A DNA stretch of 64,000 nt. Origin: an uncultured virus (IMG/VR IMGVR_UViG_3300042939_000937) (taxonomy: Duplodnaviria; Heunggongvirae; Uroviricota; Caudoviricetes). The stretch is taken from IMG/VR virus record IMGVR_UViG_3300042939_000937; one strand, given 5' to 3'. The notes below the pieces were generated by a model. The model did no database searches. It was given only the letters and a program-made list of their open reading frames with translations, and was not told the origin of the DNA. Positions 15,955 through 25,142 of the stretch are shown here, piece after piece. The translations under genes and the position numbers were made by a program. The stretch's first letter is position 1, and every line of letters begins with the position of its first letter.

Positions 15955-16130
15955 CAGCTTTTCTTAGCAAATTTACCGAGAAGGTTTTTGCCCAGGTTAA
16001 TAATCAGCTGAAGAGTAGAATTAGCCTTCAGTTTTTCGTTTGCAGCAATGTACTGTTCAAAGGCAACCCACAGAGCTAAAATCCAAGTTCCGTTGGCTTC
16101 GAGAAAAGCCAGTAAAGCAGCGAGAGACAT
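15954..16130 (-). CDS. 58-aa hydrophobic protein, possibly holin-like
   Basis: MSLAALLAFLEANGTWILALWVAFEQY...; AGGAG SD. Confidence 0.55.
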   Translation of the reverse strand: MSLAALLAFLEANGTWILALWVAFEQYIAANEKLKANSTLQLIINLGKNLLGKFAKKS

Positions 16131-16144
16131 GTTTTCTCCTATGA

Positions 16145-16351
16145 CTATTCGCTTTTACCCTCAAGTTTATCCACATAGTCCCTCAGCTCTGTCAGCTGGT
16201 GAGCCAGTTTTGTCATGATTGAGAGAGCTTCGGTCAGAAACTCTTCGAGTTCATCGCGAGACAATTCGTGGAGTCTCCTTCGAATCGACATTACGCGAAA
16301 CTCTTTCTCAATCGGCAACGGGCTCATCTGAAAAGGGTTCGGTTGTTCCAT
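16145..16351 (-). CDS. nblA: NblA-like phycobilisome degradation protein
   Basis: LPIEKEFRV...LHELSRDELEEFL...M fits the NblA LxLEQxF...MSxEQ...L pattern. Confidence 0.55.
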   Translation of the reverse strand: MEQPNPFQMSPLPIEKEFRVMSIRRRLHELSRDELEEFLTEALSIMTKLAHQLTELRDYVDKLEGKSE

Positions 16352-17036
16352 ACGCCACACCTCGGAGTTCAAAAAACTTTTCTGCTGCCCATTCATTCTC
16401 CTCTTCACTCACGTTTGCCCCTTCGACGTATTTCATGAGCATCGTCATTTCTGCGTCACTCAGGGAACGTATCTGGGCGATTAGCTCAGGGGAGAGCAAA
16501 GTTGCTTTATGCTCATCGAAGCTGTAAACAAACTCCGGAGTACACCAATCCTCTGGGGAACTGTCGTAAGAAACATGGTAGTTGTTTGAGGACAACTCGC
16601 AGTACATGACCTTGGTTTCGTCAAGGCCAAGAGCCTCTGCGACTTCTGAATAAGACAGGCCTTCTTTGACTAAATCTGAAACCTGGTTCTTGTAGTTTGC
16701 AATCCAACGGGGAGTTCTCACCATTCGAGAATAATCCCGAAGAGCATGCTGTATGTAACCACGTGCCGTATTCCAGGCATAGGTGCTATACTTCACATTC
16801 ATCTCAGGTTTGTACCTGGTTGCTGCAACACAGAGGGCAAAGTTTGCGATTGATTCCAAGTCTTCTCGAGTCAACGACCCTGTGTGCCCTCCCGTCAAAC
16901 ATTTTGCCCCATACGCCAATCTGCCCGAGATCCACTTATGCTCAGCAACGAGTGCTTGTTGTTCCGGAGTGAGGCTCGGGTATTTTTTATAGCGGCGACG
17001 TGACATTTTAGGCTTCGCAGGAGAGACAGTCGGCAT
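16308..17036 (-). CDS. Sigma-70-family RNA polymerase sigma factor
   Basis: EDL...AL..AATRYKP...KYSTYAW...GYIQHALRDYSRMVRTPRW; HTH SYSEVAEALG. Confidence 0.85.
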   Translation of the reverse strand: MPTVSPAKPKMSRRRYKKYPSLTPEQQALVAEHKWISGRLAYGAKCLTGGHTGSLTREDLESIANFALCVAATRYKPEMNVKYSTYAWNTARGYIQHALRDYSRMVRTPRWIANYKNQVSDLVKEGLSYSEVAEALGLDETKVMYCELSSNNYHVSYDSSPEDWCTPEFVYSFDEHKATLLSPELIAQIRSLSDAEMTMLMKYVEGANVSEEENEWAAEKFFELRGVAYGTTEPFSDEPVAD

Positions 17037-18918
17037 AAGCTTGTTCCGTAGGTTGAACTTTAAGATTAACGTAGTCTATGTAACCGCCGATATGTTTCTT
17101 ATAGAGCCACATCTGAGGGACTGTTTTCCAGTTTGGATCCCAGTAGCCTTTTTCGATAGCTTCAGTCTTAGTAATTTCTTCGTAGCGAATGCCTTCGCTG
17201 GAGAGGAGTTCTTTCAGCTTGACGCACCACGGGCATTCGTCTTTTGTGACGATTAAGGCTGGAACAACCTTTTTGTTCGTCAGAAGCGACGAAGACTTCA
17301 GGTAGTACAGCGACTTAAGACCCATTTTCCACGCGGACAGGTGCAGACGCATGATGTAGGCAGGGTCTGATTCCGGGTCCACGAATAAGTTTAGAGATTG
17401 TCCTTGGCAGATAAACTTTTGGCGATCGGACGCTTGTTTCACCAGTTCAAACTGATCAATCTCTCGTGCAGTCTTAAACACTTCTTTCTCAGTGTCGGTT
17501 AGGCAATCAAGGTCTTGGACGCTGCCTTTGGCTTCGAGGATGCGCTCCCAAACGCTCTCGGCAATGCCTCGCTCACAGAGCAGTTTCTCGAGCACGGGGT
17601 TCTTACGAACGTAGGTGCCCTTCGCCTGCTTCGCTACGAAGTAGTTGGAGTCGATCGGCTCAATCCCTTGGCTAAACGCTCCAGAAATAACAGAGTTTGT
17701 CCGAGTAGGAGCAACAGCGAGAAGATGAGTATGGCGCATACCACTCCCAACGCACCATTCAGGCTCGCCGAATCGTTGCGCCAGTTCTCGTGAAGCAATC
17801 TCTGATTGCTCTCGGATCCAACGATGTGTTTCGATGTTGAGTTGGCGAGCGCCAGGCGAGCTGAAAGGTAATCCACGCTTCTGATACAGTGTGTGCAAAC
17901 CCATTGTCCCGAGGCCTAGCGCCCGAGACTTCTCTGCGAAACGGACTGAACGACCGAGTCCAACTTTGTCTTTTGCCTTGCGAATAAACTCGGAAACGAC
18001 TGCATCGAGGAGATGAATCGAGAGTTGGGGGACTGTACGTCCAGTAGTAGGAGATTTCCAACCACTAAACTCGTCGTACCGACTAAGATTGAGGCTGCTA
18101 AGGACGCAGACGAACGAATGATGCTCATCAGTGTGTAGAAAGATTTCTGAACAGAGGTTTGAGGTCTTGACAGAAAGGCCACGCTCGGTGTAACACTCAG
18201 GGTTCTGAGCGTTGGCGTTGTCAATGAAGACTAAGTAAGGAGAACCAGAGATCATTCTCGTCTTCAGAACTTCTCCGAAGAGTTCTTGTTTCTCACTATC
18301 CCCGGCGATCATGGACTCGACCCATTCATCGGTGATTGTCAGGGCAACGTTCGAGTCAACAAATTTTCTAGGATCACCCTTGGAATGGTCCTTAGCGCGT
18401 AGCAACTCTGGGACATCGGGGTGATCGATCGGGAGATAGATTGCGAACGATCCGCGACGTACTCCACCTTGTGAGACGACTCGTGCCGCAAGATCATATT
18501 GCTGCGCCCAGGGTACAATGCCGGTCGACTTCCCACCGCCGCTAATCGGAGCGCCGGCAGGACGGACATCGCCAAAATAAACGCCAACACCGCCTCCATT
18601 TTTACTCAGTTGTGATACTTCTTTTAAATGACTGTAAATCGAAGAGACGGAGTCACTAAGATGGACGGAGTAGCAGGAGATTGGTAACGCCCTCGTTGTC
18701 CCGAAGTTGGCCGCAACTGGCGAGGATAACCCTAACCACCCGTTCCATAGGCACGTAAACAGATCGTCAAGTAGTGTAGGGTCGTCGTTGATTGCCGCAG
18801 CCGCCTTAGCCACCCTTTGAAACATTGCACGGGGAGTTTCTCCTGGCAGTAAGTAACCTGCCGATAAAGTGTGCAGGCCCTCCTCAGAGAGCCAGTCGGG
18901 AGCAATGGGTTCTGTCAT
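17008..18918 (-). CDS. nrdA: Class I ribonucleotide reductase alpha subunit with inserted glutaredoxin domain
   Basis: PISC, SNLCSEI, APT, CQGQSLN, KSLYY; then CPWC...TVPQ...IGGY; terminal CLSCEA. Confidence 0.95.
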   Translation of the reverse strand: MTEPIAPDWLSEEGLHTLSAGYLLPGETPRAMFQRVAKAAAAINDDPTLLDDLFTCLWNGWLGLSSPVAANFGTTRALPISCYSVHLSDSVSSIYSHLKEVSQLSKNGGGVGVYFGDVRPAGAPISGGGKSTGIVPWAQQYDLAARVVSQGGVRRGSFAIYLPIDHPDVPELLRAKDHSKGDPRKFVDSNVALTITDEWVESMIAGDSEKQELFGEVLKTRMISGSPYLVFIDNANAQNPECYTERGLSVKTSNLCSEIFLHTDEHHSFVCVLSSLNLSRYDEFSGWKSPTTGRTVPQLSIHLLDAVVSEFIRKAKDKVGLGRSVRFAEKSRALGLGTMGLHTLYQKRGLPFSSPGARQLNIETHRWIREQSEIASRELAQRFGEPEWCVGSGMRHTHLLAVAPTRTNSVISGAFSQGIEPIDSNYFVAKQAKGTYVRKNPVLEKLLCERGIAESVWERILEAKGSVQDLDCLTDTEKEVFKTAREIDQFELVKQASDRQKFICQGQSLNLFVDPESDPAYIMRLHLSAWKMGLKSLYYLKSSSLLTNKKVVPALIVTKDECPWCVKLKELLSSEGIRYEEITKTEAIEKGYWDPNWKTVPQMWLYKKHIGGYIDYVNLKVQPTEQAYADCLSCEA

Positions 18919-19892
18919 ACAAGGATGAGATCGAGAGTGCGGAGATTAACACCGCTGAAATCCTGTGTTGGCTTACTAATATAGTTTCCACCATCTTTCG
19001 ACTGAGCGAAGAAATCGGTACTCGTTGCACCAGCCATGAGCGGGTGAAACCAGTTCTTGATGCGATTCGCTGCTTCATCATCAACGTGAAACAACGGGAT
19101 GGATGCACCCAGTTTCTTTAGACGCTCGTTTGCCCGCCAGCGAAGGTACTGTTTTGTGTCGTAGAGGTTAATGGTGTCGAGACTCCTTCCATCAAAGATT
19201 TGATCAAGAAATGCTTCCTCGTTGCGCAGGACTGCCTTGAAACCCTGGGAGATCATCGCTGCCTCATCGGGGGTCAGCGGATCTTCCTTAATCAGCTCTC
19301 GGAAGAGGGCGATTCCGGTGTCGGAGTGTTGCTGCTCGTCAAGCGCAGACCAAGAAATGATTTGAGCGATTCCCTTGAATCGTCCGGTGAGGTTAAGAGA
19401 GAGCAGAACGGCGAAAGAGCTGAATAAAGAAACACCTTCACCAGCACCGCTGAACACAGCAAGAGACTCTTTAACTCCTCGATTTTCAAGGAAGTAGCCG
19501 ATCTTTTGTTGGGCGATTGGGTCACCTAGAAATGCCTCAAACTCGTCAAGACCAAGGGTATCAGACAGTAGGTTGTATGCCTCTGCATGTACAATCTCTG
19601 ACAAAGAAAATGCACGGGCAACGGCAGCGATCTCATGCTTCGGGAACCAGTTGGGGACATTCGCCCAGTAGTCTGAGACGTGGCACTCCAACTGAGTGAA
19701 CCCGCGAAGTATGCCCGCAATGATTTCGCGTTCCTCGGGACTCGCGTTTTGCCAGTCTCGAATATCCGACTCAAGAGAAACCTCCTGAGGGCGCCACTGA
19801 GAGGACTGTGCTTTGTGATACGCTTCAAAAAATTGAGGGAGCTCAAACTCCCCGTTAACTTTATAGGCTTGACGGTACTCTCGAATTGACAT
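18915..19892 (-). CDS. nrdB: Ribonucleotide reductase beta subunit
   Basis: WRPQEV..D..DW, EIVHAEAY, EGVSLFSSF, DEQQH, TDFFA. Confidence 0.95.
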   Translation of the reverse strand: MSIREYRQAYKVNGEFELPQFFEAYHKAQSSQWRPQEVSLESDIRDWQNASPEEREIIAGILRGFTQLECHVSDYWANVPNWFPKHEIAAVARAFSLSEIVHAEAYNLLSDTLGLDEFEAFLGDPIAQQKIGYFLENRGVKESLAVFSGAGEGVSLFSSFAVLLSLNLTGRFKGIAQIISWSALDEQQHSDTGIALFRELIKEDPLTPDEAAMISQGFKAVLRNEEAFLDQIFDGRSLDTINLYDTKQYLRWRANERLKKLGASIPLFHVDDEAANRIKNWFHPLMAGATSTDFFAQSKDGGNYISKPTQDFSGVNLRTLDLILV

Positions 19893-20481
19893 TCTTTTTT
19901 AGCATACGTTTGGCTTCTCGCTCAGCGAGATATTGTTTACGCACGGGTTCGTGCTTTGCTTCATCCCACCAATCAGGTTTCCCACAGTAACGCCACTCGG
20001 CGTATCCTTTGTAACCGTTGATGTAGTTGCGGTATGCGGTAACAGCGTCACCGGGAACCTTAAACTCTTCTGGCATCGCTTGGACAAACTCGGTGTGGTC
20101 ACGGGAGTAGTCAGCGTTGTGGTTCCGGTAGATCAGAGTTCGAATCTGGTTCAAACCGTGAAGGGTCCCGTGATACTTATTGTAACGCTGCCAATACTCG
20201 TCGGCCATGCCAAAAGCATGTTCAAGCAACCAATGAACGTTCGCGGGACTTTCGTAAAGCCATTTGGCACAAGGGTGATGAGCGAATCCTTTGATGCCGT
20301 AGTATTTTTTATCGGATTCAAAGAGTTCTTTTTGCCCCGGCTTTTCGATTTTAACCCCATGCGTGTTGAAAGCCCACGGAGTCAGAAGTTGGAGCGACTC
20401 TGTAGGCATCTTGACGATCAGTTTGTCTGGCAAATCGCAAGCAGCGAGGCGAGGATCATCGTTGACGGCAAAAATGTTCAC
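19861..20481 (-). CDS. Pyrimidine-dimer DNA glycosylase (endonuclease V-like)
   Basis: NIF...P..AA..LPDKLIVKMPTE..QLL, HPCAKW, QAMP, AYR.Y; GTG start assumed. Confidence 0.75.
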   Translation of the reverse strand: MNIFAVNDDPRLAACDLPDKLIVKMPTESLQLLTPWAFNTHGVKIEKPGQKELFESDKKYYGIKGFAHHPCAKWLYESPANVHWLLEHAFGMADEYWQRYNKYHGTLHGLNQIRTLIYRNHNADYSRDHTEFVQAMPEEFKVPGDAVTAYRNYINGYKGYAEWRYCGKPDWWDEAKHEPVRKQYLAEREAKRMLKKNVNSRVPSSL

Positions 20482-20537
20482 GGTGGTTTGGAACAGGTGA
20501 GTTAAGTATAGCGGGAAAAGCACGCAGTAAAGGGCGG

Positions 20538-20738
20538 TTAACCCTCCATTTCCGCATATTTTTTCATTCGGGCACTCTCTCGCTGGGCCATTTCAAGGTA
20601 CCCTTGCTGGAGTCGTTGAATCTCGCGCAGTTTCTCCTTTTCCTGGTTCTGAGCGATACGCCCAATGACCCAGAACAGAGTCAAGTTACCGAGTAGTGTG
20701 CCGACGAGGGATCCGATGGTAAGTGCAAGAAGGGTCAT
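20538..20738 (-). CDS. Small membrane protein
   Basis: N-terminal hydrophobic helix. Confidence 0.6.
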   Translation of the reverse strand: MTLLALTIGSLVGTLLGNLTLFWVIGRIAQNQEKEKLREIQRLQQGYLEMAQRESARMKKYAEMEG

Positions 20739-20926
20739 TGTCGTCCCAGAGAGAAGTTAGTGTCCATTCGTATTTGCGAGTTGGGGAATGTCCAACACTC
20801 CCCGTTTTCATTAAGGAACACGACATACAATAGGTCATGCTCCTGTGAGTAGTCAATAAGGAAATGAGCCCAACCCTTTCCCTTCGGTGTATGCAAGGGG
20901 AGAGCCGGGTTGAGCTGCAGAATCAC
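20735..20926 (-). CDS. Hypothetical phage protein
   Basis: ILQLNP...TPKGKG.AHFLIDYSQE. Confidence 0.65.
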   Translation of the reverse strand: MILQLNPALPLHTPKGKGWAHFLIDYSQEHDLLYVVFLNENGECWTFPNSQIRMDTNFSLGRQ

Positions 20927-21069
20927 GAACCTTGGCCACGATACCGCTTTTTACGAGGGCGGCTAGAGGTTGCAGCCAGGTTGGTATTACGTGAGCGGCC
21001 CTGGCTGGTCATCTTAGGCTTGCTCTCGATCTTCTGTCCTCCCGTCAGGGAGCTTTTCATTTTCGCCAT
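20923..21069 (-). CDS. 48-aa basic protein ending RKKRYRGQGS
   Basis: Manually translated ORF. Confidence 0.55.
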   Translation of the reverse strand: MAKMKSSLTGGQKIESKPKMTSQGRSRNTNLAATSSRPRKKRYRGQGS

Positions 21070-21289
21070 GTGTCTCTAGTGTTTTGTTTGCGTAATGGGT
21101 TAGGACCTTGATAAATTCATCCTCGAAGATTTTGTGATGAGCCTCGTCTTGGTCCCAATAGGCCAGCCACTCGGCGCATTCGGTGTCGTCGGGAGCTTCG
21201 AGGGTGAAACCTTCCTCAGTGTCTTCAACAGTAAGGTCGTCGAAAGCTTCGGGAGAGGGCCACCACATTTCAGGAAGAGTGTCGGTCAT
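21014..21289 (-). CDS. Acidic hypothetical protein
   Basis: ORF in array. Confidence 0.6.
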   Translation of the reverse strand: MTDTLPEMWWPSPEAFDDLTVEDTEEGFTLEAPDDTECAEWLAYWDQDEAHHKIFEDEFIKVLTHYANKTLETHGENEKLPDGRTEDREQA

Positions 21290-21373
21290 CGTAGGTTAGA
21301 ACCCAGTAGATAATGTAGGCAGTGCCCAGCAGCAGTAAAGCAATAAGGAGCGTTATGCTGTGGACTGACTCGG

Positions 21374-21484
21374 TCACCAGATTCCTGGGATGATTTGACC
21401 GGTGAGGGCATAAGAACCCATAGCAGCGATAATGCCGATCATTGCGGCCCAACCGTTGATTTTTTCAGCTTTTTCGTTAAACAT
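21374..21484 (-). CDS. hli: High-light-inducible protein (36 aa)
   Basis: AEKINGWAAMIG...TGQIIPGIW. Confidence 0.92.
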   Translation of the reverse strand: MFNEKAEKINGWAAMIGIIAAMGSYALTGQIIPGIW

Positions 21485-21577
21485 TGTAGGTGTCAGCAAG
21501 TTGTTGTACAGAGTAAGCAAGCAGAACGAAGAAAGTTACCGCTGTAGAAAGCCAGAGAAACTCAGTCATCGTTTTCC

Positions 21578-21775
21578 TCAGGAGAGTCCGAAGTAGAGGT
21601 TGCCAGTGAGAGCGTAAGAAATAAAGCCAGCAACAATGCCGCACATTGCAAGGCGCCCATTAAGTTTCTCAGCAACTTCGTTGTGGGGAACACCCCAGGG
21701 ATGGTCTGCGTAAGTCATAACGGGCTCTTTCGCCCACATGTTTTGGTTGCCGTTGTCCTCGGTTGTTACCGTCAT
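21578..21775 (-). CDS. hli: High-light-inducible protein (65 aa)
   Basis: QNMWAKEP...AEKLNGRLAM.G. Confidence 0.92.
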   Translation of the reverse strand: MTVTTEDNGNQNMWAKEPVMTYADHPWGVPHNEVAEKLNGRLAMCGIVAGFISYALTGNLYFGLS

Positions 21776-21992
21776 TAAAATTATAGCGGGTGTCACAGCC
21801 ATTATAGCGTTTCGTTACAAAAGTAAACCTTTCAAAGGAGAAACATCCGCTCAAGATTGAGGCGGATTCGGGACTTTTTTGCTTGTTTCTTCTCCTTTCT
21901 CTTTTGCAACCACAGTCGAAAGAAGGATAACTCCGCAGGTGCGTACAGCTCGGGATGTTCGAGGGCTTCTTTCACCAGCTTCTTTTTCTTAG

Positions 21993-22328
21993 TCATCGCT
22001 TTACCTCCTGCATCGAGACTTCAATGGGTTTAAAATAATCAATTAGAACTTGCATTCCCTTTTTGGAATCCATCGTGCCGCATGTGTATACGTCGATGGC
22101 GCAAGAACCGCTTTCGGGGAAAGTGTGGATGCTGATATGGCTCTCGGCCAAAGCATACACGATCGTAACACCTTGCGGATGAAACTGATGCGAGAATCTG
22201 TTGAGCACAGTGGCTCCGCACACTTCGACGGCACGTTCGAATGCGGCTTTGATTCCTGCAAGATCATCCAACAAAGAGAAAGAGATCCCATAAAGTGATA
22301 CTAAAACGTGGTGTCCCAATGCATACAT
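21993..22328 (-). CDS. speD: S-adenosylmethionine decarboxylase proenzyme
   Basis: F.PQGVT...LAESHISIHTFPE...DVYTCG. Confidence 0.93.
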   Translation of the reverse strand: MYALGHHVLVSLYGISFSLLDDLAGIKAAFERAVEVCGATVLNRFSHQFHPQGVTIVYALAESHISIHTFPESGSCAIDVYTCGTMDSKKGMQVLIDYFKPIEVSMQEVKR

Positions 22329-22335
22329 ACCTCAA

Positions 22336-22686
22336 TTATTCAGGTGTGTCTTCAAGGATTTCCTTGATTTTGTCGCGCAACTCGACGATAGTCGCTGCCC
22401 CTTGCTGGTGGCCTAGATACTTGCCAGTCTTGGCAAGGAATAAGTACACAGGAAGGTCGATAGAGTAGTCAGGGTTTAGGCAATGCTTCTCCAAGCACTG
22501 GTAAATGCGTAGTTTTGTAAGGTTGTTGTTGTGATTGATAACATCATCGAGCTTCACTTCCTGATAAGAAAGTTCGTCGAAACCTTCGAAAGTTACTCGA
22601 TCATGCTTGCTCATGTGGCGGCACAGGTCACAGTCGTCGTCAAAAACTTTCGTGACAATAATGCTTTTACCCTCGTTGGCACTCAT
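22336..22686 (-). CDS. Thioredoxin-fold protein
   Basis: CDLC plus a later LPVYLF (cis-Pro-like). Confidence 0.6.
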   Translation of the reverse strand: MSANEGKSIIVTKVFDDDCDLCRHMSKHDRVTFEGFDELSYQEVKLDDVINHNNNLTKLRIYQCLEKHCLNPDYSIDLPVYLFLAKTGKYLGHQQGAATIVELRDKIKEILEDTPE

Positions 22687-23273
22687 TTGACCAGTTCCTC
22701 CAGTTCAGGATGCTTTTCACGCACGATCTTTGTGAATCGCGCAATATGCGAGTTAACCGCTTGCTTACTCATTCCGTACTTCGCAGCGACCTCGCCTTGG
22801 CGCATTGCTGGACGCCCGAGCAGACCGTAGCGATCGCACACGATTTGTGCCCGCTTGCTGTTAAGCGAACCGCAACCGTCTTCAATCAGCTTTTGAATCA
22901 TTCCGGAAGCATACTCGTCCTTCACCTCGTACTGCACCGTATCCTCGAGGTTATTTCCCCAGTCACTCTGCTCAAGCGACAAAGGGAACTTTGGCATGCG
23001 GTTGTCTTTACGGGCGACACTTTGCACCGCACCTCGGACTTGAGGGTACACCCAAGTCATCGGCACAACTTTACGATTGATGTCAAAAGTTTCGATGGCT
23101 TTCACAACACCCATCAAACCTTCTTGCACCAGATCCTCACGGCTGTGGGAAGGGGACATCCAGGCGTAACGGTTCACGATTTTGTGGACCAGGGGAGTAT
23201 ACTGTTGGACCACCGCAGTGATCGCCTTGGCATCGCCCTTGACAGCGTCGAGAAAAAGGGAGTGGTTAGTCAT
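22683..23273 (-). CDS. Second sigma-70-family sigma factor
   Basis: EDLVQEGLMGVVKAIETFD; region-4 RYGL...QGEVAAKYGMSKQAV. Confidence 0.87.
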   Translation of the reverse strand: MTNHSLFLDAVKGDAKAITAVVQQYTPLVHKIVNRYAWMSPSHSREDLVQEGLMGVVKAIETFDINRKVVPMTWVYPQVRGAVQSVARKDNRMPKFPLSLEQSDWGNNLEDTVQYEVKDEYASGMIQKLIEDGCGSLNSKRAQIVCDRYGLLGRPAMRQGEVAAKYGMSKQAVNSHIARFTKIVREKHPELEELVK

Positions 23274-23312
23274 TGCGTTTCGTAACTGAGTCTAGTATAC
23301 CGTGTTCTGAGG

Positions 23313-23564
23313 CTAAGGTAAAAGGCGGTTTACCGCCCAGAGGCCATCAAGACCTTGTTCAATCATTTTCTCTCGCTCTTCCCAACCGATTCCTCCCTCT
23401 TTACCCTTGGCAGGGTTTATGCATCGCTCAGCCTTTTCGGGAGCAAGTCTGCGACAGACGAGGGCATTGAGATCTTCGTCTTTGCCAGGTTTTCCGGTTC
23501 CTGACCAGTACAGTTGTGAATCGATCCAGAATGCTCCACAAACTGGGCAATTTTGGTTTGACAT
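23313..23564 (-). CDS. Cys-containing hypothetical protein
   Basis: CPVCGA.W...LVC...CINP; overlaps the tail of the deaminase ORF. Confidence 0.65.
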   Translation of the reverse strand: MSNQNCPVCGAFWIDSQLYWSGTGKPGKDEDLNALVCRRLAPEKAERCINPAKGKEGGIGWEEREKMIEQGLDGLWAVNRLLP

Positions 23565-24019
23565 AGGTCCGAGTCCGAGTAATAAAGAATTTTCACTCCC
23601 GCTTCGTATAACAACTCATTTGCAAGAAGAAAGTTCGATACCCATCGCTCAGGACCGTTCTTCGGGTCGGGGCAAATAACCTTCTCGACCCCCGCTTGAA
23701 TCAATGCTGATGCGCACTGAGAGCAAGGGGGCCAGGTAACGTAGGCTGTGGCGCCCTCGCTAGAGGAGCCATTCTTGGCAGCGTTGAAAATTGCGTTCTT
23801 CTCTGCGTGAATTATTGTGGCCAATTTGAATTCTCGGTCGTGATAACGGTCAAGGGAGTCGGAGAGACTCGCCGGAAGACCGTTATACCCCGTACTGATA
23901 ATTCGGCGATTTTTGACTAGAACGCAACCGCACTTTGTGCTTGGGTCTTTTGACCATGAGCTAACTTCGTTAGCAATCCTAAGAAATCGGCGATCCCAGT
24001 GGTTCAGAAAGGTATTCAA
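23417..24019 (-). CDS. dCMP deaminase
   Basis: SKDPSTK.G, TGYNG, HAEKNA, PCSQCA. Confidence 0.92.
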   Translation of the reverse strand: MNTFLNHWDRRFLRIANEVSSWSKDPSTKCGCVLVKNRRIISTGYNGLPASLSDSLDRYHDREFKLATIIHAEKNAIFNAAKNGSSSEGATAYVTWPPCSQCASALIQAGVEKVICPDPKNGPERWVSNFLLANELLYEAGVKILYYSDSDLCQTKIAQFVEHSGSIHNCTGQEPENLAKTKISMPSSVADLLPKRLSDA

Positions 24020-24236
24020 TGTAGTCGTTTAGCGCAACGGCAAAATGAGAGCAGACGTCGGCAAGGTCTTTAAAGGTCAGACCCGCATTGTCAGATGTGT
24101 CGGCGAAGCCGTCCCAACATGCGTGGACTTCGGCTACACCGTACTCCACCTGGATGAAACTGGTGGCGTTCGACAACATTTGATTCATCTTGCGATGAAC
24201 CATCATTCGTTCGAAAGTGACTTGAGAAGCAATCAT
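23979..24236 (-). CDS. Hypothetical protein
   Basis: ORF in array. Confidence 0.55.
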   Translation of the reverse strand: MIASQVTFERMMVHRKMNQMLSNATSFIQVEYGVAEVHACWDGFADTSDNAGLTFKDLADVCSHFAVALNDYIEYLSEPLGSPIS

Positions 24237-24244
24237 TTTAGTAA

Positions 24245-24580
24245 TCAGCGATTATCGCCGGAGCCGGAGAGAACGCCACGTTGCTGGCGAGAAGCAAGTT
24301 TGTCAAGGTTCATTTGCATAATCTCCTCGAGGGTGTAGTCAAGTTCGTAAGCGAGTACCGCAACGTACCAACATACATCAGATAGTTCGAGAGCGATTTT
24401 TTCTCGGTCAGGGTCGGTAAGGGTCCCATCTCCATCCCGGATAATTTTCTTCGCTTTCTCTGCAACTTCTCCAGCTTCACCTACAAGACCAAGTGTAGGG
24501 TAGATAAAATTCTGCCCTTGGTTCGGGTAGATTGCTGTTTGCAGCGCAGCGGTTTGGTAGTCGTTTGCGGTGAGTGTCAT
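24245..24580 (-). CDS. mazG: MazG-like nucleotide pyrophosphohydrolase
   Basis: LGLVGEAGEVAEKAKK...ELSDVCWY...GSGDNR; promoter at 24602-24629 supports this start. Confidence 0.9.
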   Translation of the reverse strand: MTLTANDYQTAALQTAIYPNQGQNFIYPTLGLVGEAGEVAEKAKKIIRDGDGTLTDPDREKIALELSDVCWYVAVLAYELDYTLEEIMQMNLDKLASRQQRGVLSGSGDNR

Positions 24581-24629
24581 TGTGCATGAGTAGACAGTTC
24601 CAGTATAGCGCGGGGGGCTTCCGAGTAAA

Positions 24630-25142
24630 TCAGAACCCGACATCAACCTCTTTGGCGTGACCCCGTTCGACCAGGTCGTCCCACAACATGGAGGCAGCGC
24701 CAATCGTGAATCGGATGCTTCCGGGGACTTTGCCTGCGAATGAGGATACCTCACGCAACAGACACTGGAAGAAGATAACCTCGACTGCAAACTCCTCGAC
24801 GACGAGCGTAGGAATAAAAACCATCGCGGACATCTCGTGCCCTTCGACGATGAAATAGACAGTGTTCGGTTCTCGACCACGCAAGAACGAGATTGGGTAG
24901 ACGATTTCGTCGATATTCCGCCGAGTTTCAACAAGCAGGTGGTTCCAGTCGTTCTCATCCTTGCGGAATGTTTGATGAACTTCGCTCTGTATGCGATCGA
25001 GAGAAACCGGATAGTTGTAATCCTCGAGAGAATCTGCCAGGACGTTGACCCCTGTAAGGTAAACACCGAGAAGTTCTGATTTTCCTTTCTTGGTTACGAG
25101 ACCCGACAGAAAAGACGCAGGATCAGTTAGTTTTGCGGTCAT
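24630..25142 (-). CDS. Hypothetical protein
   Basis: ORF in array. Confidence 0.65.
   Translation of the reverse strand: MTAKLTDPASFLSGLVTKKGKSELLGVYLTGVNVLADSLEDYNYPVSLDRIQSEVHQTFRKDENDWNHLLVETRRNIDEIVYPISFLRGREPNTVYFIVEGHEMSAMVFIPTLVVEEFAVEVIFFQCLLREVSSFAGKVPGSIRFTIGAASMLWDDLVERGHAKEVDVGF

Noticed and set aside
17008..19892. Inteins or introns in nrdA/nrdB
   Set aside because: Lengths and motifs are continuous; the only insertion is glutaredoxin-like
23417..23564. Programmed frameshift between the dCMP deaminase and the downstream gene
   Set aside because: No slippery site seen; simple loss of a stop codon giving an overlap is enough
24581..25066. Long N-terminal extension of MazG (273-aa track ORF)
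   Set aside because: Overlaps a better ORF in another frame, and a promoter at 24602-24629 supports the 24580 start
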